Assembly (NCBI RefSeq): GCF_006345805.1
Contig: NC_042999.1
Coordinates: forward strand, 145,638,001-145,702,000
Direction: 5' to 3'
From: Octopus sinensis
Taxonomy: Eukaryota
DNA length: 64,000 bases
Shown here: positions 27,535-38,877 of the stretch, piece after piece
How the letters are laid out: each line of letters opens with the position of its first letter
Position numbering within the stretch: the stretch's first letter is position 1
Notes under the pieces: model-generated
The model's input: the letters and a program-made list of their open reading frames with translations, nothing else
The model's database searches: none
What the model was told of the DNA's origin: nothing
Program-made: the position numbers and the translations under genes

Positions 27535-27750
27535 CGTTGGTTACCTTTTAAAATTGCTCTCTTCTCAGCCAGACATAATATGCACTTTCTGCTGCTATTG
27601 AAGTATGATTTGCATTTTTCTAGGATCTTCCACTTTATGTTGGTTTAAAGGACATTTATAAGGATAAAGATATAGATATAGTCTTACAGCTGTTTCTTTG
27701 ATATTATAGATATCTCTTCATCAGAGACGATGAGATGGTTAAACAGAGGT
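27535..27750 (-). mobile_element. Penelope-like element, GIY-YIG endonuclease C-terminal fragment
   Basis: NIKWKILEKCKSYFNSSRKCILCLAEKRAILKG matches the PLE IKWKIL...C.LCL.EK motif. Confidence 0.75.
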
Positions 27751-28199
27751 AAATATTTGAGTTTGAAATATAGAATTATTATGGAAAAGGATGGGATAGG
27801 GGATATAGAGGGAAACAAAAAAATGAATGTAGAATTAAAATATAAAATAAAGATATTGTAGTAGCAGCTCTATTATTCGAGGAAAGTGTTGTATAGAATT
27901 GGTAAAAAAGTTTCCTGTACATGGTATGTAAGTTGCAATAATAGTCCATGTTTAGTCATTTCTAAGTATGGAGCCGTAGATTCTGTGTTGTAAAGAGTGA
28001 ATAAGTGTGAGATATGTGAGTAGGTGTGATATGATAGAGCTGCATTAAGGGTTGGGTAGAGAAAAGGCATGGGTGGGGTTTTTACTAGTAATTATTTAAA
28101 GCGGAACGAAGAATAGAAGGATGTCAAATTTCTATAAATAGAATGATTGTATAGGTTAGTGTGATAGCGGGGAATCAGAGAGGAGGGAAGAAGGTATAA

Positions 28200-28490
28200 T
28201 GACATGCGTACGGGCGCGCACACGTACATATATATGTGCGGATATGCATACATACACGCACACATACACATATATATACATACGCACATACATACACATG
28301 CATACATATATACACATATACACATGCATGCTCACGCGCATCCGTAAATGCATTCATACACGCATATGCGTGTGCATACATATACACATACATGCACACG
28401 CACATACATACGAGCAGGCACATACGCGCTTGCACACAGACATACACACGTCGCATACAGGTACAAACGTATACTTATATACACACACAC
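28200..28490. repeat. Cryptic purine-pyrimidine alternating simple repeat (CA/TA/CG mix)
   Basis: Near-continuous RY alternation; the source of six overlapping H/T/C/V/Y-rich ORFs. Confidence 0.9.
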
Positions 28491-28602
28491 TTGTATCCGC
28501 TTGAATGTCCATATATGTAGTATTAGATTATTGAGATCTTTAAAGATAGAGGAGTGAAAAATGAAAGATTAAAAATAAGATAGAGATAAAGAAAAATTTG
28601 CA

Positions 28603-28641
<39 letters not shown>

Positions 28642-28642
<1 letters not shown>

Positions 28643-29383
28643 CGGCGTACGTATAATTTGGCCTCTTATATGGAAGTATACATTTTCTAAATCTTGTACG
28701 ACTCTATTTCTGTCTATCAGCCCTTTCACGCTTATTCCTTCATTCCACTCTTTATTCTCTCGTTCCCCCTCTCTCACATTTCTTTGCCTTCTCTTCTTGC
28801 TCACTTTACCTCCACTTTTCACTTCACTGTGTCCCTGTCATCTTTTTCTCGCCCTCCTTAACTCTTATCTCCTTCTGCTTCTACTTCTCTCACTTCTCTT
28901 CCCACGTGACCGGCGTTCGGCCAAACCTGTTCTTTCTTACTTGGTCTGGCCGTTGTCCGTGCAACATTGATAGTCAAATGTGATTGTCAAATGTTGTATC
29001 CCTGCTGTAAGGCTTCATTTCCACACACGCCAGCTTAATTTAATTCGTCCTTAGTCGAAAGATTCCTGTTGTTATATCGTGTTATTATTTTTATTGTATT
29101 TGTGTAACATTATCCGTTTTTTCTGTCCTTGTTTTTGTATACATTCGCTGCTTTCTTCCATGTAGAATCAGAGGGACAGAAGAATTAAGGAGGGATGAGA
29201 AAAAATGACAAGAACACAGTGAAGTGAATAGTAGAGGGGAAGGGAGCAAGAAGAGAAGGCAAAGAAATGTGAGAGAGGGGTTGGAATGAACGAATAAGCG
29301 TGAAAGGGGTGATAGAAATAGAGTCGTACAAGATTTAGAAAAATGTGTACTTACATATAAGAGACCAAAGTGTACGTACGCCG

Positions 29384-29384
<1 letters not shown>
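28642..29384. mobile_element. Non-autonomous foldback/MITE-like element with ~230-240-bp inverted arms, inserted in (TA)n
   Basis: Arm 28642-28884 is the reverse complement of 29162-29384 (termini GCGGCGTACGTA / TACGTACGCCGC). The spacer is ~280 bp and TA repeats lie on both sides. Confidence 0.85.
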
Positions 29385-29423
<39 letters not shown>

Positions 29424-29424
29424 C

Positions 29425-30415
29425 AAAATGGGACAAGAACGCAAAACATCCGGACAGTGATCGCACAGTACGAATGTGGTTTCAGAAATTCCGTAGTGAT
29501 GATGAAGAAGGTAGAGGACAGTCATGCAGTCTTGACAATGAGCAATTTTGAAAGAGATTGTTGAACAAAACCAACGTCAAAGTGTTAGAGAAATGTCTCA
29601 GGCACTTGGTGTCGGTATTGCAACGGTCTCACGCAATCTGCAGATGATTGGTAAGGTTTAAAAGCTTGATAAATGGGTACCGCATGAGCTCAATGAAAAT
29701 CAGTGTTCAGCGTTTTAAAGTGTGCTCGATGCTCTCTCTGCGAAACACCAATGATCCTTTTTTTTGATCGAATAGTCACTTGTGGTGAAAATTAGATCTT
29801 TTATGATAACCGTAAACGATCTGGTCAATGGCTTGGTCGTGATGAGTCCCCCAAACATTTCCCGAAGCCAAAGTTTCATTAGTAACATACTACGGTGACA
29901 TCAGTAGAAGACTATGGTGGTCTGCAAGTGGTGTTGTCCATTACAGATTTCTGAACGCCAATCAGAGCATTATAGCAGAGATCTACTGCAATCAGCTCGC
30001 TGAAATGCATGCTCACTTGCAAAAAACGAGACCTGCATTGGTGAATCAGCGTAGCCCAATTCTGCTCCATGATAATGCTAAGCTACACGTTGCAAGAATG
30101 ATGTCGCAAAAACTCACGGACTTGGGATACGAGATTTTGCGACATCCTTCATATTCTCCTGATCTTTCACCCACTGACTACCATTTTTTAAAAGCATTTA
30201 TACACATTTTGAAGTGATAAAACCTTCAGGTCTAAACCAGAGGTGGAATCAGCTTTCAAAGATTTCTCAGCATCAAAGCCAATAAGATTTTATTAACGAG
30301 GCATAAATAATCTCGTTGATGGATGACAGAGTCTAATAAAACGTTTCTATTGTTAACTTTTCCAGAATAAAATTATGTTTCTGAAATCGGGCCTTATTTT
30401 CGGGACAACCTAATA
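29425..30415 (+). mobile_element. Mariner (DD34D) copy B, 5'-truncated, 3' TIR present
   Basis: DRTVRMWFQKFRSDD, WVPHEL, DRIVTC, HDNAKLH and HPSYSPDLSPTDYH motifs. TIR TTATTTTCGGGACAACCTAATA ends at 30415. Same family as copy A. Confidence 0.92.
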
Positions 30416-30615
30416 TATTGCAAATAAGTAGCAAGGAGGTCCAGATATTAGTGCATTAAAGCCGTTTCAAGCGGCCGTAATGCACTAATACCTGGACATC
30501 CTTGTTACTTATTTGCTTTTTATTCACCTAACTTCGAGCTGTGCGCACAATACGGGATTGACTTTGTACCTCAACGTAAATATTCAGCTGAATCTTAATA
30601 ATCTCTCTCCCCCCC

Positions 30616-30667
<52 letters not shown>

Positions 30668-30997
30668 ATTATTATATATTATTATATATATATCTATCTA
30701 TGTATCTATCTATGTATGTATGTATGTATCTATCTATCTATCTATCTACATATATATAATATATATATGTATATATATATATATATATATATAAAGAGAG
30801 AGAGAGACAGAGAAAGTGTGTGTGTGTGTGGGAGTGTGAGAGAGAGAGAGAAAGAGAGAATGAGAGCAGCTATATTAAGAAAAAATAACTAGATATACTT
30901 GTAGAGAGTTATATTTAGAACCTACGCATCATGCATTATATGCACTATGCTTTAAAAGTAAATACACAAAGACAAAGAGATAAAAGCAGAAACATAT

Positions 30998-31041
<44 letters not shown>

Positions 31042-31285
31042 TGGTGGTGGTATTGTGTATGATGAAATGAGAGATGTAAAGCTGTAACACTGTCACATAA
31101 ACATTCTTCAAAAGCTTTTATTACTATTTCTGCACATGAATAAAATCATTTATGTACACGACATGTAAGATTTGTTGGGTATTAGAAAGATATTAATCCT
31201 ACTATTATTGTTACTTCTAGAAACGCTGCCCCCCGGAAGATTATTATGCATGTAAAACAATTGTTGTGAAGGGTATTTCTCTCAA

Positions 31286-31363
<78 letters not shown>

Positions 31364-32079
31364 ATATATATGCGTGTGTATATGTGTGTGTGAGTATGCA
31401 CATAAGTATCGTATGCTATTTTTCTAAATATCAGGCGACATCTGCAAAGTAATTTTCGTATGATAGATAAATATGTCGTAAAATGTTTCACAAATATTCA
31501 CAAATTGTCTCAAAGGACAACTTTGTAATCATTTATTTTCCATTAAAAACAATTGAACAGAGCTAGTAGGGAACAAGAAAGAGAGAATGAAAGACAAAGA
31601 TATTGTTGCAAGGGGAAAAGGTGAAAATGAGACAGACAAGGTGCAGAGACAGACAATGAAATGAAATGGTAAGGGTTGTGAACAAACTTCCTGAAAGTAA
31701 GGACAAATGCTTTAGAGAAGACCGCTTTAGATGCAGAAAATAACACAAAGTCTTCATTAGTCAAAGGGCCACATGTATCTATAATGTTATAAAACTTTGA
31801 AGTAAGTTTGATTTGTTAAATGGATGTTGTGTAAACATTTTCAGAAATATTCTCAAAGTATTTCAAAGACAAACTTTGTAATTACTTATTTTTAACGAAA
31901 ACCATTGAATAGGGTGATAGAGAGAAAGTGTGAGGGTGGGGTGTTTAATTCAGAGAAGAAAATTTATTATGAATATAATTGAATAGAGCAATAGAAGGCG
32001 AGAGGGAGCGAGTGGAACAGAGAGAGAGGGAGACAGACAGACGGAAACATAAAGAAAGAGAGATAGAGAGAAAGAGAGG

Positions 32080-32113
<34 letters not shown>

Positions 32114-32496
32114 TACACCGCAACGAATAAATATTAGCTTTGTGACTCAAGTAAGTAAGTTCTTGAATGTTCAATAACAAAAGAAAGTTGGAAACGTCAT
32201 TAGGATTTATAAGAATTTTCAAGACATTTTAGACTTTAATGAATGATTTCCTTTTTCTAAGTTACATAACACCAACTGATTAATTAGCACCTCTATCTGT
32301 GTAGACTGAAATTGTTTTAACACATTGATTCATACACTCATTTTACCTTAAAGAATTATTTTAAGCACAAACTTGTGTAGAAAATGCTCAGCCATGTATA
32401 TGTTCATTCACGAGTAGGTATTTCAGTTGACTGATCAACTGTGAATCCTCATTAACGAACGACGGTGATCCATCTCTTTGACTACCACCGATCCTC

Positions 32497-32636
32497 ACCA
32501 CCACCACCACCACCACCACCACCACCACCACCACCACCACCACCACCACCACCACCACCACCACCACCACCACCACCACCACCATCACTACCACTACCAC
32601 TACGACCAACAATATCAACAACAACAACGTCAACAA
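32497..32636. repeat. (CAC)n to (CAA)n compound trinucleotide repeat
   Basis: Pure ACC run followed by degenerate ACT/ACA; the source of the polyP, polyH and polyV ORFs. Confidence 0.97.
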
Positions 32637-34266
32637 AACCACCCCTTTGATTTTAATATTTACTCATTCATGGGATTTAGCACACATTTACTGATGTACT
32701 TTGCTCCCTTAATTACACATTTTGAAATGCTTTACTCTGCTTCTGTTCGTTGTATCTTATGAATATCTTTTTCTTTGTCATAAATTAAACCCGATATATA
32801 TATATATATATCTATATATATATATATATAAATATTATATATATATTATATATATATATAATATATATATATATATAATATATTTAATAAAGTGGTTGGG
32901 AACCACTATCACTTGAGATATCTCAGAAACAGCAGTAAGACCAATAATTGATTATTAATTAATTACTTCAAATTCACTTTACCCCAATTAAATATTCTAA
33001 ATGACTTGAAATACTCGTCCTGCTTTGGTTTTTGTTCTTTTTCGTCTAATTTATACCTGCTAATTCGGAAACCTACTACGGATCCCCAACCTCAGCTGTG
33101 AACTTGGAACCTAACGGATGATCAATTATTACACTTACACAGCATACCTATTCGTTTAAATCACTGGTGAACTAAACCCCCCATATTTTATGCATGTATG
33201 TGTGCGTGTGTATGCATACACATCTGCATACACGCTAGTTTTCATTGGCTTCTCTTTTTACCCCTATTGTTAGAAGTGAAACTTTTTGGGAATGGTTTTT
33301 GTTTCTTTCCTTAGTGAAATAAGCAACTAAAAATATTGTATTTCTTTCTCTGGAATCGTTTATAACATTTTGTATGACGTTAGGCCCAGCGTTAATCTGC
33401 TCATATTCACAGACAGTTACTTCGACATTTCGTAACGTCTTCAGTGCGATACCTTATCTGTAGCTATATTAACTAATAACACTATGTTCGATAAGAACTG
33501 ATAAGAACAAGCAATTGCTATTGGCAGACAAAAATATTTTAGATAATTAACAAAATTAGATAAGCAATATTTAAAAAAGTTAATAAACTTCTTACTGCAT
33601 CGAACATTACTTTGAAAAGATCGTTAAAATTGCTGGTTCGTTTCAAAAAGAGGACCAAAAAAGATTTTATAAAGATTTTAAAGTAATTTGGAAGAAATAC
33701 AATATATCTTTTTTCTACAAACGTTTTTCAAGAGCTTAGCAGACTGTCTCTAGTCAAGTGGATGTTATTGAAATTACATGAAAATACTTTCCTTTCTATG
33801 TATTGGGTAGTGTGAGTGCATGCGTGGGTGCGTGCGTGAATTTGTATGTGTGTGTATACGCCGAAAAAGGACGCTACGACTCTCCAAAATGTCAATTTGA
33901 GGTTCAGTTTTATTGTTGCCATCTACAAAGAAATGGCTACTATCAACCACCCTTATCATTAGAGTGTTGGTATACTGGAGTGAGCCATCTTCATTCAACG
34001 TTGCCGTGAATGGTGCCTCCGGTATAAAGGGCCCACACCTGTCGCAGCTAGGCCGCCGATATCTTTTTCCTTTATAAATTCGACTATACTCTCATGCATT
34101 TTCTTTAGGGCCTCACTTGGTTGGAATCTTGTGTGTAAGCTTTTCTTTCCATTGGCTGGAACGAAAAGAAGGATTTCAGCCTTAATGTATCGAGACTAAA
34201 TGCAGTGAAGAGAGAATACTGTACGAAGGTGTAGATAAACTGCTTAATGTGAATACTTGAACACTG

Positions 34267-34745
34267 ATACAAGAGGTTGACATTTTACAGGAGACCACTA
34301 ATATGCATATTAAAAAGCACTATGGAAGGTAAGATTGACGTGCTATTGCACGAACGAATCTTGACGTGCTATTGCACGAACGAATACAAGAGGTTGACAT
34401 TTTACAGGAGACCACTAATATGCATATTAAAAAGCACTATGGAAGGTAAGATTGACGTGCTATTGCACGAATGAAACCGAGTTGGCAGAAAACTATAGGC
34501 ACATTGCTTGCCTAAACACTAAGTAAAAACTGTACACAAGCTGCTTCAATCAGTTCCTCCAGGATCATTGTGAGTCGAAAAACATAGTGACTGATATGCA
34601 GGTCGGTGGAAATAAGGGAATGTGGAGATGTGCCGAACAACTTTTCATAAAGAAAGCTGTCATGCCAGAAGTGAAAAAAGCATTGTAGAAGCCTTACGAC
34701 AGTATGGCTTGATTACGGAATGGTATTTGACTCTGCTCCCCACTA
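34267..34745 (+). mobile_element. R4/Dong-like (restriction-like endonuclease) retrotransposon, internal RT fragment
   Basis: KRLTFYRRPL...EGKIDV, then NETELAENYRHIACLNT*KLYTSC...QVGGNKGMWRCAEQL...TVWLDYGMVFDSAPH (RT domains 1-3). Confidence 0.8.
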
Positions 34746-35104
34746 AGAACAAGTAATCAACTAACTCGCACGTTACAAATACAATCTGTAAGCAGAATAG
34801 TAAAAATATACAAGACTTTTCTCAAGTTTAAAAGGTGACAATATTTTTGTTATCCACAGTTCAATGATGGAGCCTTGTATTTTCGTTCAAAACCATCCCC
34901 TTCCTCAGAGGTAGAATTACAAAGATTAAAAAAAATAGAAAAGAAGACATGTGTGTGTGTGCATATCTTTTTGTATATGTGCATACTCACACACGCACAT
35001 ATGCACACATACACACACACACGCACACGCACATATATTTGTTTAACTGTGTCAGAACCAGTAAATAATTGTTAAAACTCTCTCTTTCTCCTTCTCTCTC
35101 TCCC

Positions 35105-35173
<69 letters not shown>

Positions 35174-35919
35174 TGTGTGTGTATGCCTGTATGTATGTAT
35201 ATTCATACATGCATGTATATGTATGTATATTGGTGCATGTATGTATATGTATATATAATGCAACTATTTCTAAGTGCTGGTGGTAAGGTAGCGTGAATTC
35301 AGTGACTTTCTGATAAGAACCAGAAGGTAGTTAGCGAACATAATATTAATCAATAAGTGAATGAGAAAGGATCATCTGTTGCGTAATTACAGTAATTGGT
35401 TTACCTCTACTTCCGCTACAAGCATCTGAACAGCAGGGATTCTCAACATGCCTTCAGGGTCTGCAGAATCTATAAGACGCTGCATTCTCAATGTCGTTAC
35501 AGGGGAACGAATGTGATTACCCGACTCTCCACCGTTGGCATTTAGTTATTAATATGTGGGTTTGATGTCTCTTGGCCTTGTTGTCTCTATTTATCATACA
35601 CATGCTCATAAAAGTCCCACATTAGACTCCTCACTCGCATCATTATCGAACCGAGAGTTTAACTACGTTCCTTCCATAGCACTTACATAGCATTGCCTGC
35701 CACCTTAGGTCTTCTGGATGTAGTGTGTGTATATATATCTTTATATCATATTATACAGTTCTTTATTTAAGAGATGAGGAATTATGTACATTATATACAT
35801 TATTTACATTTGACAGATATTTGTTCTCATCTTGTTTGTTGTTAACACAACGTTTCGGTTGATATACCCTCCAAATGTCTTGGGAAAATTTCGAACCTTG
35901 GGTTCTCATTCCTCTAAGA

Positions 35920-35936
35920 TGTTGTTGTTGTCATGG

Positions 35937-35974
<38 letters not shown>

Positions 35975-35988
35975 GCTGTTTTTGTTGC

Positions 35989-36041
<53 letters not shown>

Positions 36042-36063
36042 TATTATTATTATTATTATTATT
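35920..36063. repeat. (TTG)n + (TTA)n compound microsatellite forming the 3' flank of the Dong element
   Basis: Direct reading. Confidence 0.97.
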
Positions 36064-38806
36064 CAGCAGTTTTATTTTTTATAGCGTGCTTTCACTTCAC
36101 TACCGAGCGCAGCTCTGTGTGCCTTGGGTATGTGCTGTGATTTGTTGTGATGCTCTGATGGTTATTGTATGGAAAGTGTTCTGCGTAGGATGTGTGCAGT
36201 ACCTAGTAGTGCAATTTTCTGTATGTTATATGTGTTTGTAAGTCCTGGTTTTTGTTATGTATTTGTCTGAATATTTTTTATCATGCCTAATGCACCTACT
36301 ATGATAGGAATTGTTTCTGTTTTCAGATTCCACAATCTAGTTACCTCTATTTCCAGGTCTTTGTATTTTGAGAGTTTCTCATTTCTTTTAGAGACACTGT
36401 CATCAGCCGGTATTGATACATCAATTAGAAAGCATTTTTTTTCTCATGGTCTCTGACAACTATATCTGGTCTGTTGGCCTTAATTTCTCTATCTGTGTGT
36501 ATCGGCATATCCCAGAGTATGGTTGCTTTCTCGTTTTCTGTGACCTTTTCCGGTGTGTGTCTATACCATTTTTTTCTGTTGTTATTCCATAATGTTGGCA
36601 TAGCTTCCATGTATGTAGGTTCCAACTCTGTCATGTCTGTGAATATATTCCTTCTTAGCCAAGACTGGGCAGCTAGAGATAATATGATTTATTGTTTCTT
36701 GTCCATCTCCACATATTCTGCAGTTACTTGTAATATTTCTTTTCATTACATGTTTTTGGTAATTTCTGGTGGGGAGGCTTTGGTCTTGTGCTGCAATTAA
36801 AAATCCCTCTGTTTTGCTTTGAGTCCTGAGCTTCTCAACCATTGCTGGGATTTTTCTTTGTCTATTTTTTTGCGTTTAGTTTAGTCCAGTATTTACCATG
36901 AGAGGCTTTTCTTGCCATCGTTTTATCATGGTTCGTTGCTGTTCTAGTTTTAGTTTGGATTTCATTTGTTTTATAGCTTTTGGTGTTTCATCTTCTTCTT
37001 CTTCATGTTATTAGGTGGTGGTATGATTTCTGTTTGTATTTGTCAGCTTCCTTAAATACTGAGAACAGTTTTTGTTTTGCTCGTGTTTTGCCGCTATCTG
37101 GATCAGTTTTCCTTCCTTCTGAAGTAGATATTTTTGCAGTCCTATGGTGGTTATTTTATAGTAGTTTTCCAGCTGTATAAGGCCTCTACCACCTTCTATA
37201 CGTTGTAATATAGTCTTTCTATGTCAGATTTTGGGTGATGCATCCTAGATCCTGTCATTATTTTTCTTGTTTTCCTATCTATTTTGGTCAGTTCATTTCG
37301 TGTCCAGTTAAGGATATTGTAGCTGTAACTTATAACTGGGACAGCTAAAGTGTTGATACCTATTATCTTGTTTTTAGCATTGAGCTCTGTGTTAGTATTG
37401 ATCTAACTCGTCTATAAATATTTTTTTTATTTTCTCTTTCATTTGTGTGTGTTGTGTCTTATCTAGTTCATGGATTCCTAAGTATTTGTAAGTTTGGCTT
37501 TGGTCTAATTCTTTATTTCATTGTTTTTATCTAGTGTGATGTTGTTACTCTTAACTAGTTTTCCTCTTTTCATGGTTACTTTGGCGCAGTTTTCTAATCC
37601 AAATTTCATATCTATTTCTGGTAAATCCATGAACTGTCTTTAATAGTGTTTCCAGCTGTTTGTCATTTGCAGCGTATAGTTTTAGGTCATCCATATATAA
37701 AAGGTGGCTGATCGTTTTGCCGTAACATTTATATCCGCATCCAGTTCTATTTAGCATATCAGATAGAGGTGACAGTGCCAAGCAGAAAAGGAGTGGAGAG
37801 AGCGGTGTCTCCCTGGAATATTCCTCTTCTAATGGGGATGCCTTTGGTTTTCATGAGTCCCTCTTTTGTTTGGAGGTGTAGGACTGTTTGCCATTTATTC
37901 ATAGAGTGCTCTATGAATTTTATGATTGTTGGTGCTACTTTGTTAATGGCTAGTGTTTCGAGGATCCATGTGTGGGGGATGCTATCAAACGCCTCTTTGT
38001 AGTCAATCCAGGCCATACTGAGGCCTTTCTTCTTTCTGTGGCTGTCTTCAGTTATGGCTTTATTAATCATTAGTTGATCTTTACAGCCATATGAGCCTTT
38101 GCGGCATCCTTTCTGCTCTTCTGGGAACAGTTGTTTCGTCCAGGTGCTTGTTCAGCCTTTGTGATATCACTGCAGTAAATGCCTTGAACATAGTAGGGAG
38201 GCAGGTTATTGGTCTGTAGTTTTTGGTTTTCTGTTTCATTTGATTTGGGAATTATGATGGTTTTGCCCTTCGTGAGCCATTCAGGCATTGTCTCTGGCTC
38301 TGCTAGTACGTTGTTAAAGTTTTCAGCCAGCTTTTTGTGCATTCCTGTTAGATATTTCAACCAGAAGTTGGGGATCTTGTCATGCCAGGTGCCTTCCAGT
38401 TGCTTAGTCTTTGCAGTGCTTGGGTGACCTCTTCAGTTGTTATGGGGGTCCAAAGTTGTTCAGATGCCGAGTTTGTTATTTTGATACTCCTTTTTTTGGT
38501 GGTTCGTCGCCGACCATATTTCTCTCCAGAATTCTTCCAATTCTTCTGCCGTGGTGCTGCAGTGACTTCTATTTTATTTTTGCCCAGTTCTGGTAGAACT
38601 TTTTGGGGTTGGAGTTGAACTTTTTGTTTTGTTCAAAGAAGCGTTGGCGTTTCTTGTACCGGCGGATCCTTTGTGCTTTGGCAAGGATCTTGCTTCAGCT
38701 TTTCTTTTATTTCAGGCAAATCTTTCTCTGTGATGTTATATTTGCGGAGTATTTTTGTTCTCTTTTTGTTGCTCAGTAGCGTTGCTTGTTTGCTGATTTC
38801 ATTAAG
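36064..38806 (-). mobile_element. R4/Dong-clade non-LTR retrotransposon, 5'-truncated (~2.7 kb): RT, CCHC and REL endonuclease, frameshifted
   Basis: WIDYKEAFDSIPH, RRGIFQGD, LLYMDDLKLY, CRICGDGQETINHIISSC, HRHD, NRPDIVV and KYKDLEIE...IVGALG motifs. Stop at 36162-36164, then a ~100-nt 3' UTR. (AAT)n flanks both ends on the element strand. Confidence 0.95.

Positions 38807-38877
<71 letters not shown>
38807..38877. repeat. (ATT)n microsatellite forming the 5' flank of the Dong element
   Basis: Direct reading, about 23 units. Confidence 0.98.

Noticed and set aside
34267-34471. Repeat-spacer-like array of three palindromic 20-mers
   Set aside because: The two long intervening segments are identical copies, and the whole lies within an RT reading frame.
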